In this document: piece after piece, positions 9,079 through 16,854 of the stretch | Layout of the letters: every line of letters begins with the position of its first letter | Position numbering within the stretch: position 1 is the first letter of the stretch | Source of the DNA: a bacterium | GTDB taxonomy: Bacteria > SAR324 > NAC60-12 | Assembly: GCA_965233585.1 (NCBI GenBank) | Contig: CBDDTI010000213.1 | Span: forward strand, 1 to 20,280 | DNA: 20,280 nucleotides | Reading direction: 5' to 3' | The notes under the pieces: model-generated | Told to the model about the DNA's origin: nothing | Seen by the model: only the letters and a program-made list of their open reading frames with translations | The model's database searches: none | Position numbers and translations under genes: made by a program

Positions 9079-10671
9079 TTATTTCGGGTTTTGTATGGCT
9101 AAATTCATCATAATTTTTTCATTTGTTTCAAAATTAATCAATTCTCCGTCGAGTCTTTTTAACTGAAAATGTAACAAATCCAGTCGGCTTGTATTACACT
9201 TTATGTATTCTAAATTTTCAAAATGCGTCGTCACATAATTGTCTTGTTCCTCGCCTCTATTTATTGGTATAACTTTTAATACAGGGTAAAACTCGTCTCC
9301 AATTACCGAATGATTGACGAAATTGGCATAGCAGATCATCACTCCGGGATATAGATAGTGCGGATCGAGATGTTCGTCACTTATGAATTGCCTGCTTCCA
9401 TCCGACAAAACAATGTCTTCGTCTTGACTTATTCCTAGCAATAATCTTATTTCATGCGGCACTCTTATCCTTACTACCAAAAAGCGATTAAACCTGTTGT
9501 CGGCATGTTCTACTATAAAATGGTTTTTACGCGCGGAAATTTGAATGAGTTTTTGCAAATCTTTGCTCATACCCTTATTCACGGCTTCGATTAATTCATT
9601 CGATGTTTTAATAGACCTCTTCTTAATGCAGAAACAAAATCGCATTGTTTCGATCATTACCTCGATTTTAACGGGTGGGAATGTTTCTGACGGATCAGGA
9701 TTTCGCATCGGCTGTTGCGATATAAATTTTCTTTTCTTCGGACCCAAAACAATATATTCTTCTTCGATTCCCAAAATATTTTTAAATTCAGACGGTATCT
9801 GCACTTTTACCTCATGTGATTTAAATTCAGCATCGTACGTCATCGGGCCAATGTAAATTGCTTGAAAAAACATATCTGTCGATTCATTTGTTTTCTTCGT
9901 TTGCCCAAATTCGACAAATTTACGTACTACGCTGTCTCTTTCGTCGTTTAGGCAATGTAATAAGTAAGCAATTGTTTTCTGCTGATCAAGTTTGACCTCG
10001 ATTTCTTGCTTAAACGGGTCAGTACTTACTTTAATTTTCTTATCAAAAACGCTTAACGGAACGCTATTAACTCGATTTGGAAAGGAGATGTCGGCTAAGG
10101 CTATTTTAGCTCCTTCGTTTAAATAAATCGGATGGCTCAAATGTACCTCGAAATTGTTGTTTTTCTGCGTGGAATTTATGTCGCCGTCCATTTTCGAGTC
10201 GACGCGAATGTGCTTTGTCAAATATGTCATCGCTCGTTTTGTTTTTCGCAAGTGAAGTAAAACTAGACTCGGCTGACCTGATTTTAGTTTCAGAAGTTTG
10301 TCGGATGCGTCTAAAAACTCAATGCCCACTGATTTTATTGAAGTGTTTTGAATAGGATAATATCGTATGTTTTTTAAACTATGGTAGAAATATTTGCCTT
10401 TTTTGCTTGAAGGCAAGTCGGCCATGCATAAGATGTGAGAATTCTCGTTTGAGCTTGTAGACACAATGTTAGATTTAACCTGGACCACGTCAAAAACGAA
10501 ATCTTGTTTTACATTCAAATGTAAACCAAAAGCTACAACCCCAACTTCCCAATCTCTTCTTTCGTCAAATTCTAAATTTTTCGGTAAAAGATTGTTAAAA
10601 CGCGTTAGCGTGTTCACGTGACAATCGGTACTTGCGTTTGAGATGCAATAAATGAGATGTCCTCCCTTCAT
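9079..10671 (-). CDS. Minor capsid protein (penton-like), with two penton-like modules
   Basis: N-terminal IYCISNAS...NTLTRF...LP...WEVGV and C-terminal ICYANFV.HSVIGD...PVLKVIP...HFENLEY...LKRLDGELINF match the Polinton minor capsid pattern. AATAAA overlaps the stop. Confidence 0.8.
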   Translation of the reverse strand: MKGGHLIYCISNASTDCHVNTLTRFNNLLPKNLEFDERRDWEVGVVAFGLHLNVKQDFVFDVVQVKSNIVSTSSNENSHILCMADLPSSKKGKYFYHSLKNIRYYPIQNTSIKSVGIEFLDASDKLLKLKSGQPSLVLLHLRKTKRAMTYLTKHIRVDSKMDGDINSTQKNNNFEVHLSHPIYLNEGAKIALADISFPNRVNSVPLSVFDKKIKVSTDPFKQEIEVKLDQQKTIAYLLHCLNDERDSVVRKFVEFGQTKKTNESTDMFFQAIYIGPMTYDAEFKSHEVKVQIPSEFKNILGIEEEYIVLGPKKRKFISQQPMRNPDPSETFPPVKIEVMIETMRFCFCIKKRSIKTSNELIEAVNKGMSKDLQKLIQISARKNHFIVEHADNRFNRFLVVRIRVPHEIRLLLGISQDEDIVLSDGSRQFISDEHLDPHYLYPGVMICYANFVNHSVIGDEFYPVLKVIPINRGEEQDNYVTTHFENLEYIKCNTSRLDLLHFQLKRLDGELINFETNEKIMMNLAIQNPK

Positions 10672-10676
10672 GCTTG

Positions 10677-11783
10677 TTACGCCGGATTAATAACGCTATC
10701 TTCAGCGATCCAGCTAAGGTTTTTATAGCCTTTCCACTTCACCAACACCAACTTTTGTCCGGTTCTTTTATCTTTTTTCCTTCTCACAATTTTTTCAATG
10801 CCGAATAATTTCGGCGGCTTGGCCAAAGTCAGCTCATTAGCATAAAAATTTCCCTCAACCGTCTCGTCTCCGTCCAAAGTTTCTAGTTCGTATGTAGGAA
10901 TGGGTAATCGCGTAAACACCCGTCTGATCTTGTAAATTTCTTCCGTAAATTGCTTATTGTAACCTCTGTCGAATTGAGCTCTGTAGTTACTTATTCTGAC
11001 CGTCTGACCTTTCTTAAATTTAGGTAGCCGCCTCTTTATTTTTGCATAAGCCTCTTCTTGTTTCATTCGGACTTTAGGCGCGTTTCTTGCTTTTTCCGCT
11101 TCGGCAGGACTCATACCAATCATTCTATGAATGCGCGAGTTATACGTCTTTACTAAAGATTGAAGCACGTGGATAAATCGGTCCGTACCCCTAGATGTCA
11201 TATATTTAAACATCAGACTTTTAAGAGATCTGTTAAATCTTTCCACAAACGGCGCGTGCACAAAGTTGTCGCTGTGTAAAAGAGTAATGCCTTTACGTCG
11301 ACAGTAGTCTATAAAAAATTTATTCTTGATCTCTAACCCTCTGTCAGCCAGAATTTTTCGCGGCGGCTGTCCGGCTTTTTTTACAATGGTTTTGAATCCT
11401 TTCAAAAAAACCAAAGCTGTCTTGTTTTTTATAGGTTCAACAAAGGCATACCTCGAAAAAATGTCGATCGCTGTCAGCAAGTAACGATAATTGTCATTCG
11501 CGTTTGCCATTTTCCCAATTTCGACCAAGTCTATTTGGAATTGATATCTTTTATAATAAACATAGGTCGGGTTCCTGGGTTTTGGGGCCTTAGGTTGTCG
11601 GTGCAGAGTATAGGTGTCTGACGCCTGCAGCCATTTCTTTATTTTATTTAAAGGTATGGACCCGTTAAAATGATTAAAAACGCGGTTCGGAGATGAAAAG
11701 GCAAAAGGCGAGCCGGGCGAAGTGTAAGCCTTTAAAAATTCACGTTTAGTAATCATCCTCGTCGTCGTCATCGTCCTCAACAT
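10677..11783 (-). CDS. int: Retroviral-like (rve) integrase with C-terminal chromodomain, Polinton type
   Basis: YTLHR, QIDLVE (D85), LLTAIDIFSRYA, ADRGLE (D147), VERFNRSLK (E181), YNSRIHRMIGMSP, and chromodomain FGIEKIV...LVKWKGY..SWI. Real start may be ATG 11756. Confidence 0.95.
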   Translation of the reverse strand: MLRTMTTTRMITKREFLKAYTSPGSPFAFSSPNRVFNHFNGSIPLNKIKKWLQASDTYTLHRQPKAPKPRNPTYVYYKRYQFQIDLVEIGKMANANDNYRYLLTAIDIFSRYAFVEPIKNKTALVFLKGFKTIVKKAGQPPRKILADRGLEIKNKFFIDYCRRKGITLLHSDNFVHAPFVERFNRSLKSLMFKYMTSRGTDRFIHVLQSLVKTYNSRIHRMIGMSPAEAEKARNAPKVRMKQEEAYAKIKRRLPKFKKGQTVRISNYRAQFDRGYNKQFTEEIYKIRRVFTRLPIPTYELETLDGDETVEGNFYANELTLAKPPKLFGIEKIVRRKKDKRTGQKLVLVKWKGYKNLSWIAEDSVINPA

Positions 11784-12171
11784 AAAACAACGGTTTTTGT
11801 TTTGTTTTTCTTCTCTTGCTGCTTCCTACCGCATGCGCACTATTTTTTCTCTTGACCGGTCTCTTGGACGCCTGTGCAGGCCTACTCGCCTTACCAGCCA
11901 GTAAGATGTTTCTAGTCGCGGATTTTAATCTCTTTTTCGCGGCGGCTCCAACCGTCCTGCCGTCCAAGGCTTCCAGCGCGGTGTCGATGGCTGCTCGTCC
12001 CGCCTCTTTTTTTAAATATCGTCCCGCCGATCTGACACCCTCGCTTCTCGCAACTTTACCGATTGTCTTTGCGGCGCCCTTCGCCACCGGAACCAACGAC
12101 CGAAAAAGACTGCTAAAAATTGAACCTAATCCCGCCCCCGCCTGCACAGACGGCCCACGGTGGTATCGCAT
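11746..12171 (-). CDS. Cupiennin-like basic virion core / membrane-active protein
   Basis: QAGAGLGSIFSSLFRSLVPVAKGAAK amphipathic helix after a QxGxG protease-type site, typical of Polinton/adintovirus core proteins. K/R-rich body and acidic tail. Confidence 0.75.
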   Translation of the reverse strand: MRYHRGPSVQAGAGLGSIFSSLFRSLVPVAKGAAKTIGKVARSEGVRSAGRYLKKEAGRAAIDTALEALDGRTVGAAAKKRLKSATRNILLAGKASRPAQASKRPVKRKNSAHAVGSSKRRKTKQKPLFYVEDDDDDEDDY

Positions 12172-12174
12172 ACT

Positions 12175-12897
12175 TTAACAATTTTCAATTTTTTTGACGC
12201 ACCTGCTCAAGGCCATCGGACTAACGCCTAATTGCTCGGCTAAACGCGATAAGCTTTTCGGCTTTTCCTGATCAACCCTATTCCGTTGTTCTCTTAAAAA
12301 GACGTGCGCGCATGCCGCGATTAGTGTTTTTGGTGAAAAAACAAACTTTTTTTCGTGTTGCTTAACTTTCTCTCTAATTTCCTTCAACTCCTTGTAGCTT
12401 AGATTTAAAGAGTGAAGAAAATATTCGCACATTAAATTCGGGCTGTAAAAAGAGTCGTCGTTTTTTAGATATTGCCACACTTTGTCCTGCTTGACGCCGG
12501 TTATGCGACATAAATCTTTCATCGGCCGCGGCACCCCCGACTCTATAAGCGCGGTGTAGATGCACATTACCGCTAAACTTTCCAAACAAACTCCTCTTTT
12601 CCCTCTTTTCCCGCTAGCGTTCCATTTTTTGGCAATGGCGCGTTTTAAATCCGCGCATTCGATATTGCACTTATAGCATACCCTCTGCATTGTCTCATCG
12701 GTAAAATTGTTTTTGTCGCAAGTCACATACTCGCTCATTTTCTCCGCTTTCATCGACTCGAGCCGATAGTCGTACGGAGCATAAATCCGATCATGCATCA
12801 CGAGCCCGCAATCTGTACATACTTCACACCCGTTTGAAAAATCATCCACAATATTGTAATGAGAACACGTCTTGTTGAAATTAAGAAAACGAGGCAT
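12175..12897 (-). CDS. Divergent TFIIB-like transcription initiation factor
   Basis: Zn ribbon CSH...GCEVCTDCGLV, cyclin repeat 1 LAVMCIYTALIESGVPRPMKDLC, and cyclin repeat 2 SPKTLIAAC...LSRLAEQLGVSPMALSRCVKKI. Intronless. Confidence 0.9.
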   Translation of the reverse strand: MPRFLNFNKTCSHYNIVDDFSNGCEVCTDCGLVMHDRIYAPYDYRLESMKAEKMSEYVTCDKNNFTDETMQRVCYKCNIECADLKRAIAKKWNASGKRGKRGVCLESLAVMCIYTALIESGVPRPMKDLCRITGVKQDKVWQYLKNDDSFYSPNLMCEYFLHSLNLSYKELKEIREKVKQHEKKFVFSPKTLIAACAHVFLREQRNRVDQEKPKSLSRLAEQLGVSPMALSRCVKKIENC

Positions 12898-12940
12898 GTT
12901 TATTTCTCGACACGTGGTGCAAAACTGAAACGCGAGTCAA

Positions 12941-13501
12941 CTATCCATCGCTCTTATATCGTTTTAAAAAATCTATAATAAAGTCCAGACTATGTTTGGC
13001 CGCATCTTCGGACTTGGCCCCGATGATTACCATCTTGCCTGTGGAAAAAATTAAAACCGTGTTGGCTTCAAAAGACACAAACATGCCCGGGAAACGTTCG
13101 GGATTGAAGCGTATTTTTTTCACGTAACTCTCTTTCCGAAGTTTATCAAAAACGTCCGGCAGCGGTATCTCAAAGCCGGCACGAAAAGAACAAGTTAAAT
13201 TGTTTATTTCCCATGTTTTCACAGAGAAACGGTTGATGATAATGTCCGTCAGCAGACTTAACGATATTTCTATATCCGCTCGCGATGGCACTTTGGTAAT
13301 ATTGACATGATATGATTTGTCGTTTCTACGAGTCTTGAAAATGGTGTAGACGTATTGTTTTCTCACTACCGTGAAATTACTAAAAACTCTTTGTGACACA
13401 TCTTTATTTAAGGATAACGGCCCCTCATCAGCAAGAATAATTGTGCAGCTAAGCTTTATATTTGTCACAGTGACGTGCTCCGTGTTGTCTAGAAATGCCA
13501 T
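12941..13501 (-). CDS. Divergent TATA-binding protein (TBP-like)
   Basis: Clear TBP repeat NNLTCSF...IPL...FNPERFPGMF...LIFSTGKMVIIGAKSEDAA. The first repeat is degenerate (TNIKLS...YTIFK...HVNITKV). 186 aa, core only, intronless. Confidence 0.92.
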   Translation of the reverse strand: MAFLDNTEHVTVTNIKLSCTIILADEGPLSLNKDVSQRVFSNFTVVRKQYVYTIFKTRRNDKSYHVNITKVPSRADIEISLSLLTDIIINRFSVKTWEINNLTCSFRAGFEIPLPDVFDKLRKESYVKKIRFNPERFPGMFVSFEANTVLIFSTGKMVIIGAKSEDAAKHSLDFIIDFLKRYKSDG

Positions 13502-14841
13502 CGTTGATTAATGGCGGTGTCGGCGGTTTAAATGTGGATTTCAATGAATTGCAGGGCGATAGTTTGAATGCGCATGCGACCCCCCTCGAAGACACGGATT
13601 TAATATCAGGTCGTACTGTGCTATATAGTAGCGTGACCCCCGTCGAAGATTTAGAAGATGTTACGTTTTCAATTCCTCCCGACCCTGAATGCGCTTTTGT
13701 TTTAAATCAGACGAGACTAGAGGGTCACTTTGTGGTAAAGACTGACAGTGGCGAGGGTGTAGGACCGACTGACACGACAACAATTACTAACCATTATTGC
13801 GCCGCATTATTCTCGCAAATTGAAGTCCACCTTAACGGAACTCAAATATGTGATTTGAGCGCCCCTCTTTCTTATCCGTACAAACGCCACATTGATTTTC
13901 TCTTGTCCTATGATAATAATGTTTTAACAAATGTGGGGCAGGCCGAGGGCTTTTGCCGGACGCACCGCGACAAATGCTATGACAGGCTTGACGCGGCCGG
14001 TAGAATGGTTATGTGCCAATGCATTGCGGAGAATCGTCCGAAAATAATGAACGACAAAAAAGTTTATTTTAGCTCAACTTTGCCTGCTGATATTTTTCAC
14101 ACCGACAAATATTTACCTCCGAATGTGGAAATCACCGTTGTATTACGCAGGTTCAACCCTTGTTTCGGACTGCTTCAAGATGATCCGAACAAAGCCTATC
14201 GCATTCGATTAAAGGAATTAAAACTTCGCATGAGAAAAGTGTTACCGTGCGAGCGTGTGCGAAACAGGCTAAACGCCGAACTGCTAAAAGGTCGACCTTT
14301 TTTTCTGCCTTTTAAAGACACACAGATGAAGCATTATCTGATCCCGTCTGGTTCCCTTAGTTTCTCCGCAAATCACATCAACAATAGCGAGATGTTGCCG
14401 CAACAAATTATTTTCTGCATGATCAAAAGCAAAAATTTTGCTAAAGGACCGAGCTACTATTTTCCCTTTAACTTTAAACACTTCGATTTAGCATCCGTCA
14501 TTTTGAAAAACAACGGGAGACCCTTCTTGCCTAAACCTATAGAATGCAAGATAGATACAGGCGATTATATGGAATTGTACGACCATTTTCAAAGCAACGT
14601 CGGCGGCAGAAATTGTATTTCGCCCCAAGCTTTTGTAGAGGGTCAGATGTTTCTCGCGTTCGACCTGACCCCGGATAAATGCCTATCGTTTCACAATCAC
14701 GTCGGAGTGCCTGGAAATTTGGAATTAGACTTGACTTTTAACACCGCCACCAGTTACCCCGTAACCCTGATTTCTTACGCTATTTATAATGCCGCCATTT
14801 CCATCGACAGCAACCTTCAGGTTAAAAAAATAAAATATTAA
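13495..14841 (+). CDS. Major capsid protein (Polinton PY/hexon-like), paralogue 1
   Basis: 448 aa with LFSQIEVHLNG, YPYK, DIFHTDKYLPPNVEI, LPQQIIF, PFNFKHFDL and LAFDLTPD motifs of Polinton major capsid proteins. Confidence 0.9.
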   Translation: MPSLINGGVGGLNVDFNELQGDSLNAHATPLEDTDLISGRTVLYSSVTPVEDLEDVTFSIPPDPECAFVLNQTRLEGHFVVKTDSGEGVGPTDTTTITNHYCAALFSQIEVHLNGTQICDLSAPLSYPYKRHIDFLLSYDNNVLTNVGQAEGFCRTHRDKCYDRLDAAGRMVMCQCIAENRPKIMNDKKVYFSSTLPADIFHTDKYLPPNVEITVVLRRFNPCFGLLQDDPNKAYRIRLKELKLRMRKVLPCERVRNRLNAELLKGRPFFLPFKDTQMKHYLIPSGSLSFSANHINNSEMLPQQIIFCMIKSKNFAKGPSYYFPFNFKHFDLASVILKNNGRPFLPKPIECKIDTGDYMELYDHFQSNVGGRNCISPQAFVEGQMFLAFDLTPDKCLSFHNHVGVPGNLELDLTFNTATSYPVTLISYAIYNAAISIDSNLQVKKIKY

Positions 14842-14911
14842 AACCACACACCGCCGACTCCCCTCTTTTTAAGAAGAACAGAAAACTACGGACTAGCACG
14901 CTTTTTCGACA

Positions 14912-16246
14912 ATGACTGAAAAGGGCGGCATCGGAGGTCTAGGGTTCGAGCAGGACGATTTGACAGAACAAGCTCTTGATCTGCACGCGCCGCTCGGGGT
15001 CGATATAAGCCTTGAAAAAGGCAACGATGTGGTCTACAACAGCGTTTCCAGCGTTTCAAACACCGGGCCGATCGAATTCATCATCCCGCGAGATGAAGAG
15101 TGTTCCATCATTCTGGATCAGACTAGATTAATAGGGCATTTCGTTGTCAAGACAGCAAAGGATGAAAATGTCGGGCCCGACGACCGAGTCTTTTTGGTCA
15201 ATAATTTTGCGAGCAATCTATTTAGCTTGGTTGAAATTTACATTAACGGCACTCAAGTCTGCGACCTGAGCACGGCAAATTCTTACCCTTTCAAAAACTT
15301 TATCCAAACCGAATTGTCGTTTGATAGAGAGACTAAACAGAGCCAGCTTAGAGCCGAAGGTTATTTCGAAGAAAAAGAAAATGATATTGGAGCTTGCGAG
15401 CCTGGTATAAATCAGCGTTTAATACACCGTCGAAATGTCATACTTAACGGCAAAAAAGTTTATTTCTGCTCTCGATTGGGGGCGGATATTATGTACACGG
15501 ATAAGTATATGCCGCCGAATGTCGACATCAAGATCAAGCTTATTAGAAACAATCCGACATTTGGCATTCTTCACGCCGAAGATGACAAATCTTTTAAAAT
15601 TGTTTTAAAAGATTTAAAGTTGAAAATGAGAAAAGTTTTGCCAGTCGAGCAGCAGAGAAAGCATTTTAGATTGAAAATGTCTCAACAGCCCTGCTATATA
15701 CCCTTTAAGCTGAGTCAGTTGAAGGTTTTTGTGATTCCGGCCGGGGTCACATCGTACACCGTTACCAACATTGCCTCACAAATACTGCCCAAACAAGTTA
15801 TTTTCACCCTAATTCACAACCGAGCCTTGACGCACGACAGCAAGTTTAACCCGTTTGACTTTCAACACTTTGATCTTAATTATTTCAATCTTATTAAAAA
15901 CGGTCAATGCGTCTTCCCAAAAGCTTTTCAGCCGGATTTTGATGATGATAATTACATGGACCTGTACAGACACATGTACGACAGCACGGGTTTTGGCATT
16001 TCAAATAGTTCTTGCGACATTTCGCCCGCGGTTTTTAAGAGAGGAAGATGCTTTCTCACTGCCGATTTGACCCCCGATCGCTGCAACAGTTTCCACATTC
16101 ACCCCGACGAAAAAGGCAAGTTGGACTTGGAATTAGGCTTTAAAACAACCAAGCCTCACCCCATCTACCTGCTAGCCTACAGCATTTTTAATTCAGGAAT
16201 TAAAATAGAGGAGAACGGTCAAGTTATTAGGGCCGAAGAGCGATAA
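14912..16246 (+). CDS. Major capsid protein (Polinton PY/hexon-like), paralogue 2
   Basis: 444 aa with LDL...GPIEFII...VNNFASNLFSLVEIYING...YPFK...KQSQL, NPFDFQHFDLN and ADLTPD. Collinear with paralogue 1. Confidence 0.92.
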   Translation: MTEKGGIGGLGFEQDDLTEQALDLHAPLGVDISLEKGNDVVYNSVSSVSNTGPIEFIIPRDEECSIILDQTRLIGHFVVKTAKDENVGPDDRVFLVNNFASNLFSLVEIYINGTQVCDLSTANSYPFKNFIQTELSFDRETKQSQLRAEGYFEEKENDIGACEPGINQRLIHRRNVILNGKKVYFCSRLGADIMYTDKYMPPNVDIKIKLIRNNPTFGILHAEDDKSFKIVLKDLKLKMRKVLPVEQQRKHFRLKMSQQPCYIPFKLSQLKVFVIPAGVTSYTVTNIASQILPKQVIFTLIHNRALTHDSKFNPFDFQHFDLNYFNLIKNGQCVFPKAFQPDFDDDNYMDLYRHMYDSTGFGISNSSCDISPAVFKRGRCFLTADLTPDRCNSFHIHPDEKGKLDLELGFKTTKPHPIYLLAYSIFNSGIKIEENGQVIRAEER

Positions 16247-16731
16247 TGGCCGGTTTGAGCAACTTATTTCTAGATCGGTTTTTATCTCCGCTTTGCAAGA
16301 ATTTCATCGGCACCTTCGCCGTCGACACGTTACCCTCAGACTTGTGGAACACTAGCTGTTGCGCCATCGTCAATCTTTCGGTTTCAAGCCATCCCGGCAG
16401 TCATTTCATCGCCTTTTTCATCAATAAGCAAAACTATTTATATTATTTTGACAGCTATGCACTACCCGTGCCCGCTTATAATCACCACCTCATCCATTTT
16501 TTGAAAAAATGGGAAAATTGCGGCAGGATAAGACATGTCCTGGACCGCACAATTCAAGCTTTCGATTCTTTGTTTTGCGGGTGGTATGCTGCCGCGTTCT
16601 GCATGTTTGTCAATGCATACGCAAACGCGAAGCCGCGACACTTTTGCACTTTTTTTAATCCCAATAATTTACGCGAAAATGAAAAACGTGTCAAACATTT
16701 AGTTAATCGTTTGCAAGTCAAGCTTTATTAG
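16246..16731 (+). CDS. Adenain-like (C5/Ulp1-fold) maturation cysteine protease
   Basis: FIGTFAVD, catalytic His in PGSHF, Asp in YFDSY, oxyanion Gln in IQ and Cys in FCGWY. TAATG stop/start overlap with capsid paralogue 2. Confidence 0.93.
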   Translation: MAGLSNLFLDRFLSPLCKNFIGTFAVDTLPSDLWNTSCCAIVNLSVSSHPGSHFIAFFINKQNYLYYFDSYALPVPAYNHHLIHFLKKWENCGRIRHVLDRTIQAFDSLFCGWYAAAFCMFVNAYANAKPRHFCTFFNPNNLRENEKRVKHLVNRLQVKLY

Positions 16732-16854
16732 AAAATACAGAATTGCCTATAATGTTTTAGTTAATAAAAACCCGCAAATCAGATTTCTGTTCTGCAGCAA
16801 AGCTGCAGTCGCCGCCGTTGCCGCGGCTGTTGCCGCGGTTGCACACACGCATCT

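Noticed and set aside
10720..10727. TATAAAAA on the minus strand ~50 bp upstream of the penton ATG
   Set aside because: It coincides with the codons for the chromodomain GYKN, so coding constraint can explain it.
12175..13501. Reading TBP and TFIIB as ordinary host genes
   Set aside because: Host orthologues are highly conserved and usually have introns. These are very divergent, intronless and abut or overlap viral ORFs.
9545..16070. Short ORFs 9545-9856, 11816-12178, 12374-12589, 14284-14481 and 15855-16070
   Set aside because: They lie within well-supported genes on another frame or strand and show no motifs.
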